Of a stretch of 64,000 bases of DNA, positions 51,414 to 62,554 are shown piece after piece. Origin of the DNA: Peptococcaceae bacterium (GTDB lineage: Bacteria; Bacillota; Peptococcia; DRI-13; PHAD01). The notes beneath the pieces were generated by a model. It did no database searches, was not told the origin of the DNA, and was given only the letters and a program-made list of their open reading frames with translations. The stretch covers positions 68,562 to 132,561 of the forward strand of contig JAXGPE010000001.1 of the NCBI GenBank assembly GCA_040767105.1, given 5' to 3'. The translations under genes were made by a program, and so were the position numbers. Position 1 is the first letter of the stretch. Each line of letters opens with the position of its first letter.

Positions 51414-54400
51414 AAATCTGCAAAAAGTTATGGTGATTGGCTCCGGACCGATCGTAATAGGACAGGCAGCAGAGTTCGATTATGCCGGTACTCAGGCTTG
51501 TCGGTCGCTCAGAGAAGAAGGCGTTCAGGTCATCCTGGTCAATTCTAATCCGGCGACGATCATGACCGATTCCGATATTGCTGACCGGGTTTATCTGGAA
51601 CCTTTGAATATAGAAACCATCGAGAAAATAATCCAGGCAGAAAAACCTCAGGGCATACTCGCTACATTGGGAGGTCAGGTTGGCTTAAATCTGGCAATGA
51701 ACCTTGCGCGATCGGGGATCCTTGAACGTGAAAACGTCAAGCTATTGGGAACACCTCTGGAAGCAATAGAAAAGGCCGAAGACAGGGAGGTATTTAAAAA
51801 TACCATGGCATTTCTCGGGGAACCGGTGCCGGCAAGCAGCATCGTAGGCTCTGTAGCCGATGCTTTAAAATTTGCTGCTGAAATCAATTATCCGGTGATC
51901 GTTCGCCCGGCTTATACTTTGGGCGGAACAGGCGGTGGGGTGGCGGAAAACGCTGAACAATTAGCTGAAATAGCCGACAAAGGCTTAAAATACAGCATGA
52001 TACGCCAGTTACTCATCGAACGCAGCGTGGCCGGCTGGAAAGAAGTCGAATATGAAGTTATGCGGGATTCTCTGGACAATTGCATCATTGTATGTTCGAT
52101 GGAAAATATCGATCCGGTGGGTATCCATACGGGAGACAGTATTGTTGTTGCTCCGACACAAACACTCTCGGATCAGGATTATCAAATGCTGCGCAGCAGC
52201 GCTATACGCATAATCCGGGAATTAGGCATTGAAGGTGGGTGCAATGTTCAATACGCTTTAGACCCGCGAAGTAAGCAGTATTATGTAATTGAAGTCAATC
52301 CAAGGGTGAGCAGGTCTTCGGCTTTGGCCTCCAAGGCGACCGGGTACCCGATCGCTAAAGTGGCAGCAAAGATAGCGCTTGGGTTCACGTTGGATGAAAT
52401 TACCAATAGTGTCACCGGAAGCACCTGCTCTTGTTTCGAACCGGCTATAGATTATGTTGTTGTAAAAATCCCGCGCTGGCCCTTTGATAAATTCACCAAA
52501 GCCAAGCGTACGCTTGGATCGCAAATGAAAGCGACAGGAGAAGTCATGGCCCTCGGGAGAAATCTTCCCTCGGCTTTGCTCAAGGCGATCCGCTCTTTGG
52601 AAATGAACTTTGTCAGCTTGTTGGTCCCGGAATTTCAGAAATATACCTGGAAGGAACTTTCCGCTAAATTAAAATTAATGGATGACGAAAGAATTTTCGT
52701 TGTCGCTGAATGTCTCAGAAGAGATATTTCTATCGAGCAGCTGCATCAGATCACGGGGATAGATGCATTCTTTCTGGAGAGCATAAAGCATATAATCAAC
52801 ATAGAAAAACGTCTGGAAAACAAAAAGAAGTGGAGCAATGAAGAAATCATTCTGGCCAAGGAGTACGGTTTCAGTGATAAACAACTGGCCTTCCTGATGG
52901 ACATCTCCGAAGGAGAGGTATCTGCAAAGAGAAAAGCACTGGGGATCAAGGCTGCTTTTCGAATGGTCGATACTTGTGCAGGTGAGTTTGATGCGACTAC
53001 TCCATATTATTATTCAACCTATAATGAAGAAGATGAGCTTGAACCCTCTGATCGAAATAAGGTGATCGTTTTAGGCTCCGGACCGATCCGCATCGGGCAA
53101 GGCATAGAGTTTGACTATTGCTCGGTCCATTCCTCCTGGGCGATCCGTGAATGTGGAGCAGAAGCTATAGTGATCAATAATAATCCTGAAACAGTCAGCA
53201 CAGACCCCGATACTTCCGATAGGCTTTACTTTGAACCGCTGACTCTGGAAAATGTCATGAATGTTGTTGAGGCAGAGAAACCGCTTGGGGTCGTCGTACA
53301 GTTTGGCGGACAAACAGCAATAAATCTTGCAAAAGGCTTATCTGAAAAGGGCGTGCGGATTTTAGGCACATCGGTCGAAGATATAGACCGGGCCGAAGAT
53401 CGCAAACGCTTTGACGCCTTGCTTGAAGAACTTGATATACCCAGACCTGCCGGGCGAACTGCCGGCAGCCGCGATGAGGCTGAAAGCATAGCTCTGCAGT
53501 TAGGTTTCCCGGTTTTAGTCCGGCCATCATATGTGTTGGGTGGCAGAGCCATGGAAATAGTGTACAATGAAGAAGAATTAAAAACTTATCTGGAGGAAGC
53601 GGTGAGGGTTTCTCCGGAACACCCTGTGTTGGTTGATAGATATATTTTAGGCAAGGAAGTAGAAGTTGACGCGGTATCAGACGGACGAGACGTCCTGATC
53701 CCGGGCATAATGGAGCATCTTGAAAGAGCTGGAGTGCATTCGGGAGACAGTATTGCGATATATCCTCCACAAACATTAAGCGAACAAACTATAAGCAAAC
53801 TTGTCGATTATACAAAAAGAATCGCACTTGCCCTAAAAACAAAAGGGCTCGTAAACATTCAATTTGTTATGCGTGATCAGGATATTTATGTGTTGGAAGT
53901 AAATCCGAGAGCTAGTCGCACAGTGCCGTTTTTAAGCAAGGTCACAGGCGTGCCTATGGTCAAGCTCGCAACACGTATCATGCTGGGCGAAAATCTCAAG
54001 GACATGGGAATGGATAGAGGGTTATGGCCTGGAGCAGATTTAGTGGCGATCAAGATGCCGGTGTTTTCATTCAATAAATTAACTGATGTGGAGCCATCAC
54101 TTGGTCCGGAAATGAAATCTACGGGAGAGGTCATGGGCTTGGACGAGGACCTCGTCAGCGCTTTGCGCAAAGCATTTACCGGAGCCGGATACGATATACC
54201 TAAAGGTGGAGAGATCCTGGCAACGATATCTGACAAGGATAAGCAGGAAGCATTGCCTCTGCTCAAGCGTTGTTCCGAACTGGGTTTTGTTATTTGGGCA
54301 ACAGCGGGGACGGCCAGGTTTTTGGAAAGCAATGGTATCTCGGTGCGGGAAGTAGCAAAAATCGGCTATGGAAAGCCGAGTGTAATAGATTTGATCCGCA

Positions 54401-54615
54401 AAGGAGCCTTAGGTTTTGTGGTCAATACCTTGACCCGCGGGAAATTGTCTCAACGCGATGGGTTCCAAATTCGCCGGTCAGCGGTCGAGTTTAATATTCC
54501 TTGCTTGACATCGTTGGACACATTCCGAGGATTGCTGCAAGTGATTGATCAAAAATGCGAACAAACAAAGGTCAAAGCACTTCAGGATTATTTACGACAG
54601 GCGAAAGAAGACTGA
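51400..54615 (+). CDS. carB: carbamoyl-phosphate synthase large subunit
   Basis: 1071 aa, duplicated ATP-grasp halves, MGS-like C-terminus. Uninterrupted 3.2-kb ORF. Confidence 0.97.
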   Translation: MPQNKNLQKVMVIGSGPIVIGQAAEFDYAGTQACRSLREEGVQVILVNSNPATIMTDSDIADRVYLEPLNIETIEKIIQAEKPQGILATLGGQVGLNLAMNLARSGILERENVKLLGTPLEAIEKAEDREVFKNTMAFLGEPVPASSIVGSVADALKFAAEINYPVIVRPAYTLGGTGGGVAENAEQLAEIADKGLKYSMIRQLLIERSVAGWKEVEYEVMRDSLDNCIIVCSMENIDPVGIHTGDSIVVAPTQTLSDQDYQMLRSSAIRIIRELGIEGGCNVQYALDPRSKQYYVIEVNPRVSRSSALASKATGYPIAKVAAKIALGFTLDEITNSVTGSTCSCFEPAIDYVVVKIPRWPFDKFTKAKRTLGSQMKATGEVMALGRNLPSALLKAIRSLEMNFVSLLVPEFQKYTWKELSAKLKLMDDERIFVVAECLRRDISIEQLHQITGIDAFFLESIKHIINIEKRLENKKKWSNEEIILAKEYGFSDKQLAFLMDISEGEVSAKRKALGIKAAFRMVDTCAGEFDATTPYYYSTYNEEDELEPSDRNKVIVLGSGPIRIGQGIEFDYCSVHSSWAIRECGAEAIVINNNPETVSTDPDTSDRLYFEPLTLENVMNVVEAEKPLGVVVQFGGQTAINLAKGLSEKGVRILGTSVEDIDRAEDRKRFDALLEELDIPRPAGRTAGSRDEAESIALQLGFPVLVRPSYVLGGRAMEIVYNEEELKTYLEEAVRVSPEHPVLVDRYILGKEVEVDAVSDGRDVLIPGIMEHLERAGVHSGDSIAIYPPQTLSEQTISKLVDYTKRIALALKTKGLVNIQFVMRDQDIYVLEVNPRASRTVPFLSKVTGVPMVKLATRIMLGENLKDMGMDRGLWPGADLVAIKMPVFSFNKLTDVEPSLGPEMKSTGEVMGLDEDLVSALRKAFTGAGYDIPKGGEILATISDKDKQEALPLLKRCSELGFVIWATAGTARFLESNGISVREVAKIGYGKPSVIDLIRKGALGFVVNTLTRGKLSQRDGFQIRRSAVEFNIPCLTSLDTFRGLLQVIDQKCEQTKVKALQDYLRQAKED

Positions 54616-54629
54616 AAGAAGGTGCACGA

Positions 54630-55399
54630 TTGAAGTATCATCTTCCGAATGCGGTTGTGATCGAACAGGTCAGGACGGATAATAAAATATATGCGTTGAC
54701 TTTTTTAGCTCCGGAAATTGCCCGGGAAGCGCAGCCCGGACAATTTGTTCACGCAAAACAGGTGATACCTATGACCCTCTTTTACGCCGCCCATTGAGCA
54801 TGTAAAGGTGAGCCCGGGGAAATGGGTGAGGTAACTTTGGTATCAAGTAGTGGAAAAGGCGCCGAATTGCTCAGCCGTCTGCGTGAAGGAGATCACCTTG
54901 ATGTTATCGGTCCGCTTGAAGGGATTTGATACTGATATTCAAGCAGAGAAGATTTTCTTGGTCGGAGAATAGGTATTGCTCCGCTGATCTTTCTACAGGA
55001 TCGTTTGAAAAAGAATAATCAGACCGAAGCTTTTTTTGGCGGAAAGAACCGTAAAATGCTGCAGGGACTGTCTCTGCTTTCTTCAGAAGGATATAAAGCG
55101 GCAACAGAAGATGGAAGCTCCGGATATAAAGGTTTTGTTACGGATTTGGTGCAGCAAGCAATGCAAGAGGAGAAACCAGCCCGGATATATACATGCGGGC
55201 CTACACAGATGATGGAAAAGGTTATTATTTTGGCTCGCAACGCCGGTATTCCACTGCAAATATCCTTGGAAGCAGTTATGGCTTGTGGCGTAGGAGCTTG
55301 TCTTGGATGCACCTGCCGGGATGCAGGCAAAAGGACGATAGCTGGGTAAAAGTATGCAAAGATGGTCCATATTTTGGGGCAGGAGTGAGTCTTCCATGA
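54630..55399 (+). pseudogene. pyrK: dihydroorotate dehydrogenase electron-transfer subunit, multiple frame breaks
   Basis: TTG 54630 after GAAGGTG. Conserved islands lie in different frames: PGQFVH, GDTYDPLLRRPLS (54761-54799), GKGAELLSRLREGDHLDVIGPL (54852-54917), IGIAPL...CGPTQMM...CGVGACLGCTC (54969-~55320), DSWVKVCKDGPYFGAGV (55337-55396). Length is normal (~256 codons). Confidence 0.82.
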
Positions 55400-56316
55400 A
55401 AACAATCTGATTTGAGTGTGAATATTGCCGGAATAGAAATGAAATCACACCTTAATGACAGCATCGGGGACCTTTGGATTTGGAGAAATATATGAAGATT
55501 TTTTTTCACCCGCCGAACTTGGTGCTCTCGTGGTAAAAGGAGTTACTTTGGAGCCGCGGGCAGGAAATCCGCCGGTACGTCTGGTTGAAACACCGGCAGG
55601 ATTGCTAAACTCGATTGGTCTGGAGAACCCCGGGGTTGATGAAGTATGCAAAGAATACCTGCCTAGAATTTCAAAATATGATGTTCCGTTAATCGTTAAC
55701 ATATCCGGAAGCACAGTAGAAGACTATTGTCGTGTTGCGGAAAAGTTAAGCTTATATCCAATCGTTAAAGTCTGGAAATAAACATCTCGTGCCATCTAAT
55801 GTAAAGGCCAGCGAAGTATAGCTTTTGGCAACGCTCCTGAAATAGCGCCACAATTGTTAATCATTTGAAAAATAGCAGTCTGCCGCTTATCGTAAAGCTT
55901 TCGCCGAATGTAACTGATATCGCCGAAATGGCCTGTTTGATCAAACTGCAGGAGCTGACACCGTATAGTGATCAATACTCTGCTCGGAATGAAAATAGAT
56001 ATCCAAAACAGGAAACCTGTTTAACCCAAATATCACGGAAGTTATCAAGTATGATGGAATGTTCGCAATACGCATGGTATAGCTTGAGCGGCGCAAAAAG
56101 TAAAAAATCCCGATAGTCGGGATGGGAGGGATCATCACAGCCGGATGCTGGAATTTATTCTTGCCGGCGTAAAGCGCGGTTGCTGTAGGAACAGGGCGGT
56201 TCGTTGATCCATCTGTTGCCCGAAAGTGATCGCCGGATGCGTGCTTATTACATCAGAGAAATAATATTCAAGATATTCATGATCTTATCAGTGCGGCATG
56301 GAAGGGAAAATTCTGA
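55396..56316 (+). pseudogene. pyrD: dihydroorotate dehydrogenase (class 1B catalytic subunit), many frame breaks
   Basis: ATGA overlap with the pyrK stop, but stop codon after 4 codons. Islands: TASGTFGFG...NSIGLENPG...NISGSTVEDY (55455-55781), LEINISC (55772-), LPLIVKLSPNVTDIAEMA (55880-55933), VINTLLGMKIDIQNRKPV (55968-56021), IPIVGMGGIITA (56107-56142). These are spread over all three frames. Confidence 0.82.
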
Positions 56317-57010
56317 TGGATAAAGGTACAGCTAAGGAAAAATAATCGCTCTTGACTTTCCTTTGTGGGAAGATGCTGAAGGCTTGATAAAATTGCCGGA
56401 GGTCACCTGTTTTAAGTTGGTCGAATTATATCTTTCAACCGGCAGGGGCGGCGGTCAAAAATCTTCGCCAAATGGGCAAAGTATTCGCGGTTGAAATTCG
56501 ACATACCAAATGCTGTAGAACAAGCAAGTCGCAAGGCGGCCGGGGTTGGCGCGTTTTAATGTGCGCTTCCGGCGGAGCAGAGGTGATGCCAGAGCAGACA
56601 AGCGGTTAGAAAAAGAGGTCGGGCGCTGGCCAGCGTTCGACCTGATTGCAGGTAACGATCCTGACAAGCCTTGCGGTAACTCTGATCTGGAAATGATCCG
56701 GGTGCTGAAGGACTCAGACAGTGTGCTGCGATTGGCTCGCTTGCTCCAGAAATCCAGAATGGATGGGGTCGTCGCGTCACCGCAGGAAATTGAAATGATC
56801 CGCAAGGCATGTGGACCAAGTTTCAAGATCCTGTGTCCAGGAGTAAGACCACATTGGGCTGCCGTGGGGGATCAGAAAAGAGTTATGACACCCTTTGAGG
56901 CCATAAAAGCCGGAGCAGATTACCTGGTGATAGGAAGACCTATAAGTAAAGCAAAAAGTCCCCGGGAGGCGGCTTTGAAGGTAATTGAGGAAATGGAGGC
57001 AGCAATTTGA
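56316..57010 (+). pseudogene. pyrF: orotidine-5'-phosphate decarboxylase, 5' half with several frame breaks
   Basis: TGATG overlap with the pyrD end. MDKGTAKEK-stop, then IIALDFP (56342-56362), DIPNAV, SGGAEVM and IAVTILTSL in shifting frames. Clean from ~56684 (DLEMI...DGVVASPQEIEMIR...GDQKRVMTP...YLVIGRPI). Confidence 0.82.
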
Positions 57011-57582
57011 TGAAAAAAGAAGAAATATTTCGAATATTTAAGGAAAACAATGCAATTCTCGAAGGGCATTTCAAACTAACTTCGGGAAGACACAGTGAAC
57101 AGTATCTTCAATGTGCTCTTGTACTGCAGGATCCTGCAGCAACCAGCCTGCTGACAACTGAATTAATTAAAAAGCTTCCACCGGAAAAAATCGATATTGT
57201 AATCGGTCCAGCCTTGGGTGGAGTGACTATAGCCTATGAAATCGCCCGACAGCTGGGAGCAAAGGCCCTTTTTGCCGAGAGAGAAAACGGAGCTATGACC
57301 CTGCGACGCGGGTTCAAGATCCCCAAAGGTTCCAGGGTATTGGTCGCAGAGGATGTGATCACAACGGGCGGTTCTGTGCTTGAGGTAGCTGAAGTTGTGA
57401 AACAGCACGGCGTATCGGTCGTTGGTATCGTGTCGCTGGTTGATCGCAGCAACGGCAAAGCGGATTTGGGCTATCCATACTACAGCCTGTTGTCGATGGA
57501 GGTCGTTTCTTACTCAGAGCAGGAATGCCCATTGTGTGCCGCAGGCGTGCCGGTGATCAAACCGGGTTCACGTCCTTCCTGA
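57010..57582 (+). CDS. pyrE: orotate phosphoribosyltransferase
   Basis: 190 aa. FKLTSGRHS, PRPP motif RVLVAEDVITTGGS. TGATG overlap with pyrF. Confidence 0.93.
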   Translation: MKKEEIFRIFKENNAILEGHFKLTSGRHSEQYLQCALVLQDPAATSLLTTELIKKLPPEKIDIVIGPALGGVTIAYEIARQLGAKALFAERENGAMTLRRGFKIPKGSRVLVAEDVITTGGSVLEVAEVVKQHGVSVVGIVSLVDRSNGKADLGYPYYSLLSMEVVSYSEQECPLCAAGVPVIKPGSRPS

Positions 57583-57622
57583 AATAAGCAAAAGATTTTA
57601 AATTGAACCCGCTCAGGATCTT

Positions 57623-58828
57623 CTAAAAAGGAAGAATATAATAGTAAGCGATAGCGAAAGCAAGCAAAATAGTTTCGGGCAGCAGGAGCCTTCGATAAGT
57701 TTTTATAAAATCGGCGGCGAAGTGTTCGATGGACATAAGCAGACAAAGATGCATCGGCGAAAGCATTATGCCGATAACGATCGAAGCCAGGGCGAGGCTT
57801 CCCAAACTGAGCAAATCGTTCGCCCCGGCCAGAGATACTACTACCGGCAATGCAATGGTGACTCCGGCAATAGTCACTCCAGTTAATAGACTTATGATCA
57901 TAGGGAATATTATTGCGATCTGAAGTGGACCTAAGCCTAGACTTTGGAAGCTGGCAAGAAGCAAATCGATACTGCCGCTTGCAATAAATACTTCACGCAA
58001 GTAAATCGCGCCAAAAACCATGTATAAGAGTCGTAATTCGAAGGCGGCCAGGAGCATGGGAGCAATTTGGCGTTTATTTATTTTATAATAGGCAAACATA
58101 ACGGCGATGGTAAGTACCAAGGCGGCCAGGATATCCATTTTTAAAAGCAAAACGAGCAGCATGATCGCTGCAATAGGCGCCAGTCCTTCACTGATTTGTT
58201 TGAGGGCAGTCCTGTTGCTTGTTTTTGGAGAGAGGGAACTTGGCTTAGGAAATTTACGAAAGAGCAAGAAACCGCTGAGTATTGTGACCGGAGTGAAAGG
58301 AAGCATGACTAGGACGAATGTCTCCAGGCGAACGCCCAAAATCTGGACAGCTACAAGGCTAGCAGGATAAAGTGGCAGAAAATATTCCCATAAGTGCCGA
58401 TAATAATAATTGATCGCGGCATTCTGATCAGGTGGGAGTTGTACATTTTTTGCTGCTTCCTCGACCAATGGAGCGGAGAATCTGGCTCCTCCGGGTGAAG
58501 GTAAAAGTCCGATGATCGCCGGCAATATAGCCATTGATACGCGAGGGTCACCGGAAAGACCCATCAAACCGTTGACCAGCTTTGATTGACCTCCTGATTT
58601 ACGCATGATCCTTTCCAGAAGGGTGATCAAGTATAAGGCGACTAGGATCACAACCGTGGAAGGATCGATCAAGGTTTGTCCCATGATCTTTAAAAGATTT
58701 AATGGATTTAGACTGTGCAAGAGGCCGAATAAAATGGCGCAGACCATGAACACGTGGCCGATCTGCACTCTTTTCTTAAACATTATAACCAGCAGGGCTA
58801 AAATAAAAAGGTCTTTTACTGTTTCCAT
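57623..58828 (-). CDS. DUF401 family membrane protein (putative transporter)
   Basis: 401 aa, about 11-12 TM. Motif AIIGLLPSPGGARFSAPLV. Assigned by recognition only. Confidence 0.65.
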   Translation of the reverse strand: METVKDLFILALLVIMFKKRVQIGHVFMVCAILFGLLHSLNPLNLLKIMGQTLIDPSTVVILVALYLITLLERIMRKSGGQSKLVNGLMGLSGDPRVSMAILPAIIGLLPSPGGARFSAPLVEEAAKNVQLPPDQNAAINYYYRHLWEYFLPLYPASLVAVQILGVRLETFVLVMLPFTPVTILSGFLLFRKFPKPSSLSPKTSNRTALKQISEGLAPIAAIMLLVLLLKMDILAALVLTIAVMFAYYKINKRQIAPMLLAAFELRLLYMVFGAIYLREVFIASGSIDLLLASFQSLGLGPLQIAIIFPMIISLLTGVTIAGVTIALPVVVSLAGANDLLSLGSLALASIVIGIMLSPMHLCLLMSIEHFAADFIKTYRRLLLPETILLAFAIAYYYILPF

Positions 58829-58963
58829 AAGGACACACTCAGCTTTCCGAACTTGAGTTTAAAAATAAATCTTTAGCCATTAGTTGAAAATATAGTTTAT
58901 TATACTATTATCATGTAGCTTTGTTAAATGATAATGATTATTTCCAGCCAAGAAGGTGAAAAA

Positions 58964-59941
58964 ATGAACGCAAAATGTATAACCGAACTGATCGGCGGCA
59001 CTCCAATACTGGAGCTGTGCAGAACGAAAAAACGCTATAACCTGTCGGCGGAAATCCATGCCAAACTTGAAAGCTTTAATCCGGGAGGAAGCGTAAAAGA
59101 TCGTGTCGGACAGGCAATGATCGAAGCTGCTGAAGAAAAAGGCCTGCTGAAAAAAGGGGGCACGATCATCGAACCGACAAGCGGCAATACGGGGATAGGC
59201 TTGGCATTGACCGCTGCGGTAAAGGGCTATCGACTTATTTTGACCATGCCGGATACCATGAGTATTGAACGAAGAAGGATACTTCAGGCTTACGGCGCAG
59301 AGCTTGTGCTTACCCCCGGAAAGGAAGGGATGAGCGGAGCGATCGCCAAAGCGGCTCAGCTTTCCAAACAATACCCTGGTGCTTATATACCACAGCAATT
59401 CACCAATCCGGCCAATCCAGCAGTGCATAAAAGATTTACAGGCCCGGAAATATGGAAGGATATGGAGGGTAAGATAAATTATTTTATTGCGGGCGTTGGT
59501 ACTGGCGGAACGATCACTGGCGTGGGTGAGTATTTAAAGGAGAAGGATCCGAGGATCCGTATCGTTGCTGTCGAGCCTGCCTCTTCGGCGGTGCTGTCGG
59601 GAAAAGCTCCTGGTTCGCATCAACTGCAAGGTATTGGAGCAGGATTTGTGCCCGGCGTGCTGAACAGAGCGATCATCGATGAAATAATTACGGTTGAAGA
59701 TCAACAAGCTTTTACCGTTTGCCGGGAACTTGGCAAAAATGAGGGTCTGGCAGTAGGCATATCATCGGGCGCTGCCGCATGGGCCGCTATTCAGATCGCC
59801 ACCCGGGAGGAAAATGAGGGCAAAAGGCTGGTCGTTCTGCTGCCGGACGGCGGTGACCGGTATCTTTCGGTAAAAGGTTTATATGATGTTAAGGAAACGG
59901 ATGCAAAGGAAAATGGTGCAAAGGAAACGGGAAATGGATGA
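58964..59941 (+). CDS. cysK: cysteine synthase A (O-acetylserine sulfhydrylase)
   Basis: PLP-lysine context LESFNPGGSVKDR, TSGNTGIGLA, GVGTGGTITG. Start at ATG 58964 (MNAKCITELIGGTP). Unusual ~20-aa Lys/Glu-rich tail. Confidence 0.92.
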   Translation: MNAKCITELIGGTPILELCRTKKRYNLSAEIHAKLESFNPGGSVKDRVGQAMIEAAEEKGLLKKGGTIIEPTSGNTGIGLALTAAVKGYRLILTMPDTMSIERRRILQAYGAELVLTPGKEGMSGAIAKAAQLSKQYPGAYIPQQFTNPANPAVHKRFTGPEIWKDMEGKINYFIAGVGTGGTITGVGEYLKEKDPRIRIVAVEPASSAVLSGKAPGSHQLQGIGAGFVPGVLNRAIIDEIITVEDQQAFTVCRELGKNEGLAVGISSGAAAWAAIQIATREENEGKRLVVLLPDGGDRYLSVKGLYDVKETDAKENGAKETGNG

Positions 59942-60899
59942 AATAAGATCGCTTTATCGTGACTATGCTCAATATCTTAAAGAAAAATACAAGGAAAAGG
60001 TGTACAAACTCCCGGTCAATATTGCAGGTACATGCCCGAACCGCGATGGGACGATCGGTTCCGGGGGATGCATTTTTTGCGATGAACAGGGAGCAGGATT
60101 TGAAGCTTTATCGGTTGAACTTTCCGTTGCTGAACAGTTGGAAAGAAATAAGAGTTTTTTTAGCGAACGTTTTAATGCCAGAAAATTTATTGCCTATTTT
60201 CAAGCATATACAAATACTTACCTGCCCCTGGAAGATTTTAAAAAAAATATTTTGCAGGCGTGCTCACTAATTGACCTGGTCGGCATATCTGTTTCAACCC
60301 GTCCGGACTGTTTGGGTGATGAATATCTCAGCTTTTTGAAAGAAATATCCATTAGGAAGGGTATCGATATACAAATCGAACTTGGTCTGCAGACAGCCAA
60401 TTATCACACCCTTAAAAAGATAAACCGTGGCCATGGGCTTGCCGAGTACATCGATAGTGTAATGAGGATCCGTGGATATGCTTTTGAGATTTGTACCCAT
60501 CTGATCCTCAACCTGCCCTGGGATGATAGAACTGATGTGGTCGAGAGCGCTCGAATAATATCTGTATTGGGAGTGGATTCAGTCAAGCTGCATTCGCTTT
60601 ATATAGTTCGGGATACAATCCTGGGAGATATGTACGAACGTGGCGAGATAAAGCTTATCAGTCTGGAAGAATATATAGACCGGGTGATCCTTTTTCTCGA
60701 GAATTTAAACGAGGATATCGTTATACAGCGCCTTGTTGGAAAAGGACCTCAGGGAAACATGCTTTTTTGCAACTGGGATACAAGCTGGTGGAAAATAAAA
60801 AGCATGATAGAAGAAAAGATGAGAGCACAAAAAACTTATCAGGGAAAGTGCCGATACAAGGATGGCTTTCGTAAAACAAAGCAGCAAGAAAGCGGGTAG
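59934..60899 (+). CDS. TIGR01212-family radical SAM protein
   Basis: CPNRDGTIGSGGCIFCDE cluster motif near the N-terminus. Start placed at ATG 59934 (ATGGATGA overlap with the cysK stop). Confidence 0.85.
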   Translation: MDEIRSLYRDYAQYLKEKYKEKVYKLPVNIAGTCPNRDGTIGSGGCIFCDEQGAGFEALSVELSVAEQLERNKSFFSERFNARKFIAYFQAYTNTYLPLEDFKKNILQACSLIDLVGISVSTRPDCLGDEYLSFLKEISIRKGIDIQIELGLQTANYHTLKKINRGHGLAEYIDSVMRIRGYAFEICTHLILNLPWDDRTDVVESARIISVLGVDSVKLHSLYIVRDTILGDMYERGEIKLISLEEYIDRVILFLENLNEDIVIQRLVGKGPQGNMLFCNWDTSWWKIKSMIEEKMRAQKTYQGKCRYKDGFRKTKQQESG

Positions 60900-60902
60900 G
60901 AT

Positions 60903-61820
60903 ATGGGCTTGGGGAATGTGATCCATGAAATCATCGTTTTATTTGTGGTCATCGGTGTAGGTTATGTGAGCAGCAGGCTGGGGGTACTAAATGACAAGAC
61001 TGCTGACGGAATAAGCAATGTGTTGATGAAGGTGACTTTTCCGGCTTTGGTCATTGCTTCAATGTATCAGACATATTCAAGAGAGCTATTATTAAACAGT
61101 GTCGGGATATTGCTGATATCTATTTGCGTCCATTTGCTCTTGATTTTCATAGCATATCTTTGGTCCAAATGGTTCGACTTGCCCGATGAACAAATGGCTG
61201 TGCTGCGCTTCGTGATTATTTTCGGCAATACTTCGCTTATGGGCTATCCGGTAGTCAATGCAATTTACGGGAAAATAGGCATATTTTACGCCTCAGTATT
61301 TAATATCGTTACTATATTGCTGTTTTTTTCTTATGGCATAATCCTTCTTTCACATAAAAAAGGCGGGAATATGTTGAAAAAAATGTTAAATCCCGGATTA
61401 ATAGCTGTTTTGCTAGGTTATGTTATTTTTCTGACCCAACTGCAAATACCGTATATTATCCTGCGACCACTGCAATGGATCGGAGAAATAACTATTCCGA
61501 TGGCGCTGCTTGTGATCGGCAACAGCCTTGCCGGGATAAAGCCAAATCACATGCTGTCTGAAAAACAGGTGTGGTATGTCGCGATTGAACGAATGCTGGC
61601 TGTCCCGATACTGCTTATTTTTGTGCTGAAAGGCTTGAACATTGATCAACAGCTGATCGGAGTTTCTGCGATCATGACGGCAACGCCAGTGGCGCTGATG
61701 GCTGGGGTATTTGCCAGGGCTTACGGATGTGATGGGGGATTAGGTGACCGAAGCGTTGTTTTTACTCATTTGTTTTCTATTTTGACTATTCCGCTGATAA
61801 TTATCCTATTACAGCTTTAA
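60903..61820 (+). CDS. AEC (auxin efflux carrier) family transporter
   Basis: 305 aa, 10 predicted TM in two halves, typical of the membrane transport protein (Mem_trans) family. Confidence 0.82.
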   Translation: MGLGNVIHEIIVLFVVIGVGYVSSRLGVLNDKTADGISNVLMKVTFPALVIASMYQTYSRELLLNSVGILLISICVHLLLIFIAYLWSKWFDLPDEQMAVLRFVIIFGNTSLMGYPVVNAIYGKIGIFYASVFNIVTILLFFSYGIILLSHKKGGNMLKKMLNPGLIAVLLGYVIFLTQLQIPYIILRPLQWIGEITIPMALLVIGNSLAGIKPNHMLSEKQVWYVAIERMLAVPILLIFVLKGLNIDQQLIGVSAIMTATPVALMAGVFARAYGCDGGLGDRSVVFTHLFSILTIPLIIILLQL

Positions 61821-61849
61821 AAAAACTTTCCTTACGAGGAAAGTTTTTT
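61819..61849. terminator. bidirectional terminator
   Basis: AAAAAACTTTCCT-TACG-AGGAAAGTTTTTT between the convergent AEC and rhomboid genes. Confidence 0.85.
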
Positions 61850-61852
61850 GGT

Positions 61853-62530
61853 TTAAAGATCCTTTATTAGTGGTTTCCGGAAAAGCAGCATGAGCAGTAT
61901 ACCCGCCACGAATCCTCCGGTGTGGGCCCACCAAGCAACGGAATTACCCATAAGACCAAGGCTCATTAATGCGTTCGCCAATTGCAGTACAAACCAGAAA
62001 ATCAAAAAATAAACGGCCGGTATCTTGCGCACGGTCACGAAAAAAACCACAAAAATCAAAGATGTTATACATGCTCTGGGAAAGGTGATTATGTATGCAC
62101 CCAAAACACCGGCTATTGCGCCGCTGGCTCCAACCAAAGGGATCGGCGATCCGGGGAAAAAAACCACATGGGCCAGATTGGCCGCGATCCCGGCCAAGAG
62201 ATAAAAAAGCAGAAAACGTGCATGACCAAGCTGGTCCTCGATATTATCTCCAAATATCCATAAATATAGCATGTTGAAAAGGACATGGAACCAGCCGCCA
62301 TGCAAAAAGATAGATGTCAGCAGAGGCAAATGCAGAAAGCCGGACATAGAGGAGCTGTGCAATTGTTCAGTGAATTTTTGCGGGATAAGGGCATAGGTCA
62401 TGATCCATTGTTCCAGCTCAACCAAAGTGAAAGTCGATTGGAGTAAATAAATCAGGATATTTATGGTAATGATAGCGATAGTGACAAAAGGCACGGAATG
62501 AGCCTTGGTGTTGTCCCGCAGGGGTATCAT
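61853..62530 (-). CDS. rhomboid family intramembrane serine protease
   Basis: 225 aa. HGGWFHVLFNMLYLWIFG, catalytic GASGAIAGVLGAY and AHTGGFVAG. Confidence 0.88.
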   Translation of the reverse strand: MIPLRDNTKAHSVPFVTIAIITINILIYLLQSTFTLVELEQWIMTYALIPQKFTEQLHSSSMSGFLHLPLLTSIFLHGGWFHVLFNMLYLWIFGDNIEDQLGHARFLLFYLLAGIAANLAHVVFFPGSPIPLVGASGAIAGVLGAYIITFPRACITSLIFVVFFVTVRKIPAVYFLIFWFVLQLANALMSLGLMGNSVAWWAHTGGFVAGILLMLLFRKPLIKDL

Positions 62531-62554
62531 TGGCGAGCCTCCTTAAAAAGAGGT

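Noticed and set aside
54904-55509. Several 66-128-aa ORFs on both strands inside the damaged pyrK/pyrD region
   Set aside because: They exist only because the real frames are broken. The translations have no recognisable features, whereas PyrK/PyrD peptide islands fully explain the DNA.
58880-59428. 182-aa minus-strand ORF
   Set aside because: Antisense to cysK. A shadow ORF.
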